DNA of 64,000 bases from Pirellula sp. (lineage in GTDB: Bacteria; Planctomycetota; Planctomycetia; Pirellulales; Pirellulaceae): contig JANMNR010000059.1 in NCBI GenBank assembly GCA_031368325.1, forward strand, positions 761-64,760, in the 5' to 3' direction. A program made the position numbers and the translations under genes. Below are positions 34,827-44,382 of this stretch, one piece after another. The stretch's first letter is position 1. Each line of letters opens with the position of its first letter. The notes under the pieces are model-generated. The model was not told the DNA's origin. It saw only the letters and a list, made by a program, of their open reading frames with translations, and searched no databases.

Positions 34827-37805
34827 ATGTCATTTGATTCGCGAGCTAGGAAACCAGTTATGAAAAGTAAGCCTCAGGTCAAAGGTTCCTTTAGCCATGA
34901 TGGCGTCGTTGGGAATATCACTCGCGAACTGCCTGCACAAGAAGACCGGGGGGCAGCTGAGACCCTAGCGCCGGATGCAGATGCGACCAAGAATGGGACT
35001 CAGCATAGCGCGCCCGCAATGGAACAAGCGACGGTGGATTTGGTAGCCAGCCCAGTCGACGGAAACGCTATGACGCAATTCGGTGCCGCGGATCAAACCA
35101 AACAGGCCGAACTCGAAGTTGATCCTTCTGCGACAATTGATGTCCCAAGTGGGGTAATGGATGGTTTGCTCAGTGGTTCGGCGGTTTCCAGTGGAAAGGG
35201 TTCGCTTCCCAACAAAGACAGCGGACTAAAGGTCGTACCCTCAACGATCGGTTCGATGATTGGAAACTATGAAGTCCTGTCCGTTCTTGGAAAAGGCGGG
35301 ATGGGTATCGTTTACAAGGCTAGGCATCGAACGTTGAATCGTATTGTTGCCTTGAAGATGATTTTGCATGGACTGCATGGTGGATCGACGCTCGTTCAAC
35401 GGTTTCTTGCGGAGGCCCGATCCGTTGCGGCCCTTCAGCATCCTGGGATTGTCCAGATCTTTGAGATCGCAGAACATGAGGGTCTTCCCTATTTTTCGTT
35501 GGAGTATGTCGAGGGAGAGGATTTGCATTCCTCGCTCAAGGGTCAGCCGTGGGGTGCAAAGCCAGCTGCCGAGTTGGTGGCCACCTTATGTGACGCCATG
35601 CAATATGCGCATGATCATCAAATTTTGCACCGCGACATCAAGCCCGCCAATATTCTGTTGGATGCGGAAAAACGTCCCAAAATCTCGGACTTTGGACTCG
35701 CAAAGAAACTGGATACTGGCGATCAAGTAACGCGTGACGGATCGGTCATGGGTACGCCCAGCTACATGCCTCCTGAACAAGCACGTGGGGACACTGCCTT
35801 GATTTCGCCCCGTTCGGATGTGTACTCGCTGGGGGCGGTTCTCTATCAAATGCTTACGGGTAGAGCTCCGTTTGTATCCGACAGCATGATGGACACACTG
35901 GTCCAAGTGATCAATCGCGACCCGGTTCAGCCTCGCGAATTGCAGCCAGGAGTACCGATCGACTTGGAAACGATTTGTGTCAAGGCACTTCAAAAAGAGC
36001 CGGTCAATCGTTATCAAAGTTGTGCCGAGCTCGCTGCCGATTTGCGCCGCTATATCAATGGCGAGCCGATCTTGGCTAGACCGATCAGCCATTGGGAACG
36101 TCTAACCAGATGGTGCCGTCGCAATCCGAAGATCGCATGGCCGACGGCAGTTGCTGGGTTCTTTGTGATTGCCACAGCGGGTGTGTCGTTGGGTGCTTGG
36201 CGCATGTCAGCGGCACAAGCGATCGCGATCGCCGAGGAACGCGATGAAGCAAAAGAGCAGCGAATAGAGGCTGACAAGCAGCGAGACGAAGCGGACAAAC
36301 AACGCAATGAAGCGGACAAACAACGACTCATCGCAAATCAACAGCAAGCGTTGGCAGAAGAAAATGCGGAGCTGGCGACCAAGCAAGCCAATCTCGCTCT
36401 TCAAAACATCCAATTCGTTGTAACGGACGTCGACACCAAGCTCACAACACAACCTGGCTCGAGCGAAATTCGTATCGCCATCATGGAGGCGGTTTCCAAA
36501 AAATGGGACGAACTCGATATAGGCATGACAGGCGGCGTTCGCGGCAAAGCCATTCCCACTTTAATGGCGGTGAGACATCGAATCGCAATGACTCTCTCGC
36601 AATTGGATCGGGTGGTTGAAGCCGACCGAGAATTCACAAAGCTGGAGGTCATGGCTCGTGAACGGATTGTGGTCAAAGAGGGAACGGACGCTTCTAGAAT
36701 CAATTTGGCAAAGATCTTGACCGCTTCGTCAAATATTCAAAGGCAACTAAAGAACGCCAAAGGAACCGAAAGCAAACTGCTGGAAGCTCGTGAAATCACT
36801 CGCGACATCATCAAAAATCCAAAGCCTGAGGGACCCCCGACAGATGCCAACCAGGTACTGCTGCTGCTCGGAGCCATGAATCAAAACCTAGGGACCGAGT
36901 ATCTGCGACAGGGGCGAATCGCAGACACGGCCGCCGTTTTCGGCGAGGCCATTGAAACCAATCGAGGGGTTCTCAAGAACATTGAATCAACAAAAGAGTT
37001 CGCCGAGTTAGATGCAGCGAAACAAGATGGCCAAACGTTGGATGTCAAGAGTACCATCGACACGCTCACACTTGGCCTAGCCTATGTTTTGATGCGGCAA
37101 GGTAAGTCCGATGAGTCGATGATCAAGTACGATGCCGCGATCGCTGGTCGCAGGGCTGCATTCGAGCGCAACCCTGAACTTCTGCGTTTGAAGTCGGAGC
37201 TTGCCGGTTTTTCGGCGTTGTATGGACGATCGTTGCTATGGCTCGATCGAGTCGGCCCTGCTGAGCCTGTTTTAAGTGAGGCGGTCAAATTGTGTGACGA
37301 AGCCTACAAAGCGGACCCAGAGAGAGCGGACGGAAAGAGAGCCATCGCGTTTGCGCTTTATAACTTGGGCACTCTTCGAGACTTGCAAGGTCGGAAAGAC
37401 GAAGCGCTAGGGCACTTCGAGCGCGCTCGGGGTGTCCTCGCCGAGTTGTACAAGGTATCCGCCGACGAAAAGAATGGTTATCTGTTGTTGCAATCGGAAG
37501 CAAGAGTTGGGAACGTCAAAGTCGCAAAAGAACTGAGCGATAAACTTGGTGCCGTAACATTACAGAATCAAGAACTTCATTTAGAGCGAGCATGCGGATT
37601 GGCACAATTGGTACGCATCGCGGAGGGACCTGAAAAGTCCAAGCTTATGAACGAAGCGTTGGAGACCCTGGAACGGTCCGTCGCGGAGGGTTATCAAGAT
37701 CCATTCCGAATTTCAACGGATGTCGATCTAAGGCCGCTTCGGGACGAGCCCCGTTTCGCCGCCATCATCCAAAAGCTAAAGACTGGCGTACCAGCGAAAC
37801 AGTAA
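34827..37805 (+). CDS. Membrane-spanning Ser/Thr protein kinase with coiled coil and TPR-like C-terminus
   Basis: GKGGMGIVY, VALK, HRDIKPAN, DFG, MPPEQ. Hydrophobic helix IAWPTAVAGFFVIATAGVSLGAW. C-terminal DVDLRPLRDEPRF tail. Starts 21 nt after the giant ORF stop. Confidence 0.92.
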   Translation: MSFDSRARKPVMKSKPQVKGSFSHDGVVGNITRELPAQEDRGAAETLAPDADATKNGTQHSAPAMEQATVDLVASPVDGNAMTQFGAADQTKQAELEVDPSATIDVPSGVMDGLLSGSAVSSGKGSLPNKDSGLKVVPSTIGSMIGNYEVLSVLGKGGMGIVYKARHRTLNRIVALKMILHGLHGGSTLVQRFLAEARSVAALQHPGIVQIFEIAEHEGLPYFSLEYVEGEDLHSSLKGQPWGAKPAAELVATLCDAMQYAHDHQILHRDIKPANILLDAEKRPKISDFGLAKKLDTGDQVTRDGSVMGTPSYMPPEQARGDTALISPRSDVYSLGAVLYQMLTGRAPFVSDSMMDTLVQVINRDPVQPRELQPGVPIDLETICVKALQKEPVNRYQSCAELAADLRRYINGEPILARPISHWERLTRWCRRNPKIAWPTAVAGFFVIATAGVSLGAWRMSAAQAIAIAEERDEAKEQRIEADKQRDEADKQRNEADKQRLIANQQQALAEENAELATKQANLALQNIQFVVTDVDTKLTTQPGSSEIRIAIMEAVSKKWDELDIGMTGGVRGKAIPTLMAVRHRIAMTLSQLDRVVEADREFTKLEVMARERIVVKEGTDASRINLAKILTASSNIQRQLKNAKGTESKLLEAREITRDIIKNPKPEGPPTDANQVLLLLGAMNQNLGTEYLRQGRIADTAAVFGEAIETNRGVLKNIESTKEFAELDAAKQDGQTLDVKSTIDTLTLGLAYVLMRQGKSDESMIKYDAAIAGRRAAFERNPELLRLKSELAGFSALYGRSLLWLDRVGPAEPVLSEAVKLCDEAYKADPERADGKRAIAFALYNLGTLRDLQGRKDEALGHFERARGVLAELYKVSADEKNGYLLLQSEARVGNVKVAKELSDKLGAVTLQNQELHLERACGLAQLVRIAEGPEKSKLMNEALETLERSVAEGYQDPFRISTDVDLRPLRDEPRFAAIIQKLKTGVPAKQ
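36246..36329 (+). repeat. 21-bp tandem repeat encoding EA(D/K)(K/E)QR(D/N/I) heptads
   Basis: gaggctgacaagcagcgagac / gaagcggacaaacaacgcaat / gaagcggacaaacaacgactc. Confidence 0.85.
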
Positions 37806-38286
37806 CACTAAGCTACTGTCATACCCCTAAAGAAAAGCAGTGTCACCCAGCGATTTGACTGGCCGGATTTGTTGCCAGAATTCGAGCTCAGTTGTCTGCC
37901 GTTGCCGCCTTTTCTAGGCATCGATTGCTTTCCGCTCAACCGGATGACGGTTTTGGGCTGTCCGAATCAGCAATCGATGCGTTAGTTTGTTGATCGACTG
38001 CGGTCGATCGCCGGCGTTGTGGCTTATGAGCCAGAAAGCAAGGGGCGAGAGGCGGGTGTTCTGATTGCCTGGAAAGGGTATGGTTGGCTGGCACCTACCC
38101 AAGGGCTTACCAAATCCCGAATGCTCAGTCTGACCCCGACAATGTTACCGCGGAACTCCTAATATGAATCGCAGGCCTTTGACGATCCAGTGTGGCTTTC
38201 GATGAAAAAGACAAGCCGGTTCACGACGGTAGAATGTTAGAATGCTGTGACGCTAAAACATTCCCTCCGTAGAAGGCTGGTTCACC

Positions 38287-40656
38287 ATGCGTCTGCTCAT
38301 CGTTGTCATTTGCTGTTTTTTTGCTTTTGCTCCAACGCCGATTTGGTCCGCAGACTGGCCGGTCATCCAACGCGTGGATAGACAACCACTGCAAGCTTCC
38401 GTTGCCCGTCTGACCGAGGCGCTGTCGGCAGCTGGAGAGCCTCTTGCGGCAGATGTCCTTGCAAAAATCGATGGGCTTCGGGACATCACCGACGACGCAG
38501 AGGTTACCGCTTCGATTCAGTCCCTACTCGATCCTCTTTGCATTGCCGCCGTGGAGATCAACGCCGAGAGCCGAGTTCATGTGGTCCAAGGACCGTTGCC
38601 AGCGCAGCTTTTGGAGATGGGTTGGCGCACCTTTCTCGTCAAGGTTTCCAATCAAGCAGGAGTGACGGCCCCGTTGCGTGCATCGAGTCCCAACGCGTTG
38701 CCAATGGTAAAGGGGAGCAACTCGAGCGCAAATCCCAAGCTGGTCATCTCACCAGCCGAGTCGCAACGAAGATGGCTTGACATGGCACTGGTCGCTGGTC
38801 CGCCATTGTTGCCCTCGCTTTCGGGAGCTCCGCTAGAGTATCGAGTCCTGCAACTCTACAGTCGTGATTCTGGGCAACGCGAAGCGACGATTGCGTTTGA
38901 CGTGGGGCAAGGCACTCAGGACCTGGGCTTTCGAAACGAGATACCGATTTTGTTTGAGTGCAAACCGTCCTTTGACACGCCTCTTTCCATTTTGGATTGG
39001 GACGGTAAACCAACCACTTGTTGGCTAACGATAAGAGATAAACAGGAACGTGTGTATCCTAACCCGTCGCGTCGCTTGGCTCCCGACATGTTCTTTCATC
39101 ATCAGATCTATCGTACGCATGGCGAGTCTATCAAGCTTCCAAAGGGTAAATACCGAATACAAGCTTCACGTGGACCAGAATATCACATACTCGATTTGGA
39201 CTACGAAGTCACAGGCGATGCGACGCCCAAGCCGATTCACTTGCCATTGGAACGATGGGTTCACATGGCCGAGCGAGGCTGGATCTCCGGAGACCATCAC
39301 GTTCATGCAGCCGGCTGTGCACACTACGAAAACCCTACACAAGGCGTAACGCCGGAAGACATGTACCGCCATATTCTTGGCGAAGATTTGAACGTCGGTT
39401 GCGTACTTAGTTGGGGACCATGCTGGTATCATCAGAAACAATTCTTCGAGGGACAGACTTCGTCGCTGTCCAAGGGCAAGCACCTGATGCGATACGACGT
39501 CGAGGTGAGCGGATTTCCATCGTCGCACGCAGGACATCTATGCTTGTTGAATCTCAAGGAAGACGACTATCCGGGAACGAAAACAATTGAGGATTGGCCT
39601 AGCTGGACGCTTCCTGTTCTTCAATGGGGCAAGCAGCAAGGGGGTGTCGTTGGGTATAGCCATAGCGGTTGGGGACTGCAGCTTCCCGATTACTTGCCAA
39701 ACGGCAAACGCGGATTGTTGCCTAGGATTTGGGGCGGGGCAGCTCAAGAGACCGTTGGCAGGGCCGCGGATCGACTGCCCGATTTGGCCATGCCACCTTT
39801 TGATGGCATCGGTGCCAACGAGTTCATCGTGGCTGTAACACATGACGCTTGCGATTTTATCAGTACGGTAGATACGCCCGCTGTTTGGGAACTCAACATT
39901 TGGTATCACACACTAAACTGCGGTTACCGTACTCGAATCAGTGGCGAAACCGATTTCCCATGCATCTACGGCGAGCGCATCGGGTTAGGGCGCGTTTACG
40001 TAGAATTACCGAAAACGCCTGAGTTTTCGTTTGAGGATTGGGCTATGGGACTGAAAGCGGGGCGAAGCTATGTCGGCGACGGCTTGAGCCATCTCAGTCG
40101 CTTTTCCATCAATGGACTCTCAATGGGGCAAGTCCATGACGGCGGTGAAGCGAGCCAGCTCAATCTCAAGGCGGGCGAAAAGCTGTCCGTTCAAGCAAGC
40201 GTGGCTGCCATGTTACCAGATCAGATCAGTGAATCGGCCAAAGCAATTCGAGCGAGACGGCTCGATGAAAAACCCTATTGGCATCTTGAGCGGGCTCGGG
40301 TTGGAAACACGCGGACGGTTCCGGTCGAGTTGATCGTCAACGGAGAAGTGGCTGCATCCACAACCATCGATGCCGATGGGACGTTTCGAGATTTGAAATG
40401 GGATGTGCCGATCACCAAGTCAAGCTGGGTGGCGATACGAATCCTACCTTCGCTTCACAGCAATCCGATTTTTGTGGAGGTCGATGGCGGCCCCATTAGG
40501 GCTTCCATCGAAAGTGCAAAATGGTGTCGACAAGCGGTCGACCAGTGTTGGACCAAGAAAAAAGGGCAGATCCGAGCTAGTGAGTTGGCTCTTGCTGAAG
40601 CTGCATACGACTTTGCGCGAAGTGCATTTGATGCCATTGTCGAAGAATCGAAGTAA
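38287..40656 (+). CDS. CehA/McbA-family (PHP-like) metallohydrolase, secreted
   Basis: Signal peptide MRLLIVVICCFFAFA. GDHHVH metal motif (~39292), GGVVGYSHSGWG, RISGETDFPC and GRSYVGDG. Confidence 0.75.
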   Translation: MRLLIVVICCFFAFAPTPIWSADWPVIQRVDRQPLQASVARLTEALSAAGEPLAADVLAKIDGLRDITDDAEVTASIQSLLDPLCIAAVEINAESRVHVVQGPLPAQLLEMGWRTFLVKVSNQAGVTAPLRASSPNALPMVKGSNSSANPKLVISPAESQRRWLDMALVAGPPLLPSLSGAPLEYRVLQLYSRDSGQREATIAFDVGQGTQDLGFRNEIPILFECKPSFDTPLSILDWDGKPTTCWLTIRDKQERVYPNPSRRLAPDMFFHHQIYRTHGESIKLPKGKYRIQASRGPEYHILDLDYEVTGDATPKPIHLPLERWVHMAERGWISGDHHVHAAGCAHYENPTQGVTPEDMYRHILGEDLNVGCVLSWGPCWYHQKQFFEGQTSSLSKGKHLMRYDVEVSGFPSSHAGHLCLLNLKEDDYPGTKTIEDWPSWTLPVLQWGKQQGGVVGYSHSGWGLQLPDYLPNGKRGLLPRIWGGAAQETVGRAADRLPDLAMPPFDGIGANEFIVAVTHDACDFISTVDTPAVWELNIWYHTLNCGYRTRISGETDFPCIYGERIGLGRVYVELPKTPEFSFEDWAMGLKAGRSYVGDGLSHLSRFSINGLSMGQVHDGGEASQLNLKAGEKLSVQASVAAMLPDQISESAKAIRARRLDEKPYWHLERARVGNTRTVPVELIVNGEVAASTTIDADGTFRDLKWDVPITKSSWVAIRILPSLHSNPIFVEVDGGPIRASIESAKWCRQAVDQCWTKKKGQIRASELALAEAAYDFARSAFDAIVEESK

Positions 40657-40673
40657 TCACAAGGATCTTGGTT

Positions 40674-42113
40674 TCATTTTCGTTTGGATGGAGGAGCTAC
40701 GTACTCTGGCTTCGTCGGATCAAAGCTGCGATTCGGAATTGGCATTTGGGCACCGACCGACGAACGCCATTGGTGAAGGCGATTGCGCAACTCGTTGACC
40801 CGATCCGGCTGTGAGTTTACCAGGTCCTGTTGTTCTCCAGCATCGTCCGACAAGTTGTACAACTCGGCATGCATGTCGTTAAAGAACTCGATTAGCTTGT
40901 AGTCACCGGAGCGAATCGCACCATACGGCATCGCACCGCCAAGTTGGTAATGTTGGTGATGCGGATAATGCCAAAAAAGATCGCGTTCGGCAAGCGTTCC
41001 AGTTTGTTTCAACAACGGAAGAAGACTTACGCCATCGCGGCCTGAGGCGCCGGTCGCCGAGTTGGATTCCAGATTTTTGACACCGGTCGCTTCTAGAACA
41101 GTTGGAAAGAAGTCCATGGTGATCGTTGGTTTATTGGACACAAGCCCTTTCGGAATAACGCCTGGCCATCGGACGATCAAGGGAACACGAACGCCACCTT
41201 CATAAGCGGAGGCCTTTCCGAATCGCAACGGTGCATTGGTGGTCGTCTCTCGCGTGATAAGGCCACCATTATCGGAGGTGAAAACGACAATCGTTCGTTG
41301 GTCAATCCCTTGTTCCTTTAGCGTAGAGAGAACCCGCCCCACAGCAGCATCGAGGCTCTCAACCATCGCGGCGTAGTCGATGTTGCGATGCCGATGGTGA
41401 GGTTGACGTTTGGCTCGATACTTGGCAACGAGATCTGCTCGTCCCTGAATGGGAGTATGCACGGCGAAATGCGGCAAATAGAGAAAGAACGGTTTGTCTT
41501 TGGACTGCTCGATGAATTTCACTGCCTCCTCTGCCAATCGATCCGTTAGGTATTCGCCATCCGTGCCTTCCGAAAGGTTCGGTATCTTCCATGGAGCGTG
41601 GAATGACGGAGGCGCCGCTTTGTCTGTGCCTGCTATGTTCAGTTCAAACCCCTGTGTTTTTGGATAGAAAGGTTCCTGTCCCAAATGCCACTTGCCAATG
41701 ATGGCGGTAGCATAACCTGCTTCTTTAAGAACCTCCGCGAGCGTGACTTCTGCATGCGGTAAGAACTTGGTCCAATTGGGAACCAGAAGTTTTGGGTTTT
41801 CCGGCATCATGCCAGGAATCCAGTCGGTGATATGCAATCGAGCAGGATACTTGCCCGTCAACATTGCCGCACGCGTCGGCGAACAGACGGTGCATGCCGA
41901 ATAGTTTTGCGTGAACTTCATCCCCTCGGATGCGAGCGAGTGTATATGTGGAGTCTCATAGAAATCGCTACCGAAGCACTTGATATCCGTCCAGCCAAGA
42001 TCGTCTGCCAAAATGATGACAACATTCGGCTTACCAGCGTCTGCCGCTAAACCAAACAAAGGAATCGTGGAGGCTACCAAAAACAGGACAAGACTCGGGA
42101 TGTTCTGGAGCAT
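40674..42113 (-). CDS. Cys-type (formylglycine) sulfatase, secreted
   Basis: PNVVIILADDLG, CSPTR (41871-41885), GKWHLG, DNGG, YEGGVRVP; signal peptide. ATG 42113 preferred over TTG 42131. Confidence 0.92.
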   Translation of the reverse strand: MLQNIPSLVLFLVASTIPLFGLAADAGKPNVVIILADDLGWTDIKCFGSDFYETPHIHSLASEGMKFTQNYSACTVCSPTRAAMLTGKYPARLHITDWIPGMMPENPKLLVPNWTKFLPHAEVTLAEVLKEAGYATAIIGKWHLGQEPFYPKTQGFELNIAGTDKAAPPSFHAPWKIPNLSEGTDGEYLTDRLAEEAVKFIEQSKDKPFFLYLPHFAVHTPIQGRADLVAKYRAKRQPHHRHRNIDYAAMVESLDAAVGRVLSTLKEQGIDQRTIVVFTSDNGGLITRETTTNAPLRFGKASAYEGGVRVPLIVRWPGVIPKGLVSNKPTITMDFFPTVLEATGVKNLESNSATGASGRDGVSLLPLLKQTGTLAERDLFWHYPHHQHYQLGGAMPYGAIRSGDYKLIEFFNDMHAELYNLSDDAGEQQDLVNSQPDRVNELRNRLHQWRSSVGAQMPIPNRSFDPTKPEYVAPPSKRK

Positions 42114-42250
42114 GGATTTAATGGTTCCCAATTCTCTATTCAGTCAAGAACAGTACAGATGGCACTTTACATAGGATGTGCCTACTCCTCTACCCCCTGT
42201 GTTACAATGCGTCGGATTACCTCTCTTCGCGGATTGTAGGCGGATTACTC

Positions 42251-44311
42251 ATGGAAACAAAAGACCGGCTAAATGGCACGCAAAACGTTGGGAGTGGCCT
42301 CGACGCTATTTCCCTGATCCTCAAGCAAGCAGGACGGACAGCGGACGAAGTGGCATCGTTGGCCACCCTCGACGACGCAGACCGATCGGCAGAGAAGCAG
42401 TTCTCGGGTGAGGCTCCGACGATCACTTCACTTTTTGGAAACGCGAGTGCTTCTGCGTTTGATGCCGGTCGATTTAGCCCGTCGGCTGAAGTTGCAACGA
42501 CGATGGCCGCAAGCATCGAATTTCTGCTGAAGCGAAAGAAGGCGGGTTCGCTACTCAATCATGCGACGATGCTCTTCCAGGACGAAACCATTTCGGGACT
42601 TGCAGCGATCGGCTTCTTTGGACTTGCCATTCCGAAACAGTACGGCGGTAGTGGTGCCAAGCTCGGCGATCTTGGTCCGCTGTTGCGAGCCTTGACGCTG
42701 ATCCATCCCGATCTTGCAGTTATGTTCGAGGTGCATAACTTTCTGGGGCCTGTAACACCGATTATCGACTTTGGAACCGAGGCTCAGAAAACCTACTATC
42801 TACCTCGAATGGCGCGAGGTGAGCTATTGGGTTCGTTCGCATTGACCGAACCAGGTGTCGGGGCAGATCCAAGCAAGTTGGCTTTGACCGCGCGACGCGA
42901 TGGGGACAAGTATCTCATCTCGGGTGTGAAGTGGCCGATTACCAATGTCATCTACGGCGGGGTATGTATCCTCGTACTCAAGATCGAGGGGGAGGGACTC
43001 GCCAAGGGTCGCGATTCGGGCATGGTGATCTTCGAAGTGCCCAAAGCCGACACGCCTCATTTCCGTATGATCCGCAACCGACTGACCGCGTTCGATTATC
43101 TTTGGAACGCTCGTTTCCGCATGACAGACTACCCAGTCTCTACCGATCAGTTGCTTGGCCCGCCAGGCAAGGGACTTGCCCAAGCGTTTAGCTCGCTCGC
43201 CAAGGGTCGTGGCGGAATCTGTGTCAACAGCGCTGCCAAGATTTTTAAGTTGCTCGCCCAAATCATCTTGGATCCAAGCCAATCCGAAGCGACCAGCGAT
43301 CTAACACATCGAAACAAGCCCGGCGGTTGGGTTTCGTTCCGCAACACGTTCGGCAAGCCGATCGGTGCCTCACCTCGTATTCAGACTTGGATGGGTCGGG
43401 CTACCTGTCATGCTTTAGCAAGTCGCGTGCTGGGTGATGTCTGTTTTCGTTTAGGAGCGAACGGCGTTCGGGACGAAACGATAGGGATGATTGCCAAGGT
43501 GTACGCCACGAAAGCCCTGCTGCAGACCGCAATCAACGTTTATCAAATCCAAGGTGGACGGTCGGTCCACTTGGATGAACGACGACATGCCGTTCGCGAA
43601 GGCGGAGAAGCAGCCATCGCAAACGCTGGGCCGTTAATCGAAAACTACATTGGCGAGAACATGCATGAGTTCACGATCGCTACAGTTTACGAGGGACCTA
43701 ACCCGGTGCTTGCGGACATTGGTGCTCCCAACGCAATGACCCGTGGCATTCGAGCGAAGTTTCTTGAGCCAATCGGAATGGCGGAGGTGAATGGCAAATT
43801 TGGGCTCACAGCAAAAGCCAAGTTTGGATGGTTCATCGCTCGCACGATTGTTGGTTCCATGTATCCTTGGACAGGGAGTTTAGCTGGGATTGAGAATCTC
43901 TTTCCGGAAAAAGAGCGATTGATTCGCAGAGCTTTGCGGCGCAATCGTGTCCTGGGTCGTCGAGTCTTGCTGATCATTGCTCGATATCAAAAGAGCTTCA
44001 TGGATCAGAGCTTTCTATTGGGAGACGAGGGCGGAATCTTTGACCACCTGTGTTTCTCGATGGCTTCGCTGGTCTATGCCATCACGCTAGAGAAACCACA
44101 TTCTGAGTACCTGAGAGTAGCCAACGCGTTGGACTTGGAGGCAGAGACGCGAATGAGGGGAAAGACCGATTCGTCTAAACTCCAACAAGCATGGGCACGT
44201 GTTGGATTGGATCTGATGAATTCACAATCTTCGCTATATGCCGATTTGATCTCGGACATCGAGGTCAGCGACATTCCGCTTGACCCACGTTTTATTGATC
44301 TTTTTATTTAA
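42251..44311 (+). CDS. Acyl-CoA dehydrogenase family protein with long extensions
   Basis: GLAIPKQYGGSG, FALTEPGVGADP, ISGVKWPIT, QIQGG, VYEG. ATG 42251 preferred over TTG 42176. Confidence 0.85.
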   Translation: METKDRLNGTQNVGSGLDAISLILKQAGRTADEVASLATLDDADRSAEKQFSGEAPTITSLFGNASASAFDAGRFSPSAEVATTMAASIEFLLKRKKAGSLLNHATMLFQDETISGLAAIGFFGLAIPKQYGGSGAKLGDLGPLLRALTLIHPDLAVMFEVHNFLGPVTPIIDFGTEAQKTYYLPRMARGELLGSFALTEPGVGADPSKLALTARRDGDKYLISGVKWPITNVIYGGVCILVLKIEGEGLAKGRDSGMVIFEVPKADTPHFRMIRNRLTAFDYLWNARFRMTDYPVSTDQLLGPPGKGLAQAFSSLAKGRGGICVNSAAKIFKLLAQIILDPSQSEATSDLTHRNKPGGWVSFRNTFGKPIGASPRIQTWMGRATCHALASRVLGDVCFRLGANGVRDETIGMIAKVYATKALLQTAINVYQIQGGRSVHLDERRHAVREGGEAAIANAGPLIENYIGENMHEFTIATVYEGPNPVLADIGAPNAMTRGIRAKFLEPIGMAEVNGKFGLTAKAKFGWFIARTIVGSMYPWTGSLAGIENLFPEKERLIRRALRRNRVLGRRVLLIIARYQKSFMDQSFLLGDEGGIFDHLCFSMASLVYAITLEKPHSEYLRVANALDLEAETRMRGKTDSSKLQQAWARVGLDLMNSQSSLYADLISDIEVSDIPLDPRFIDLFI

Positions 44312-44382
44312 CCCGTGGTTGCAAAGCCGGCTGCTCACGCCGCCGGTATCAAAACGGCAAGTTTCTTCGTTCGCACAACAAC

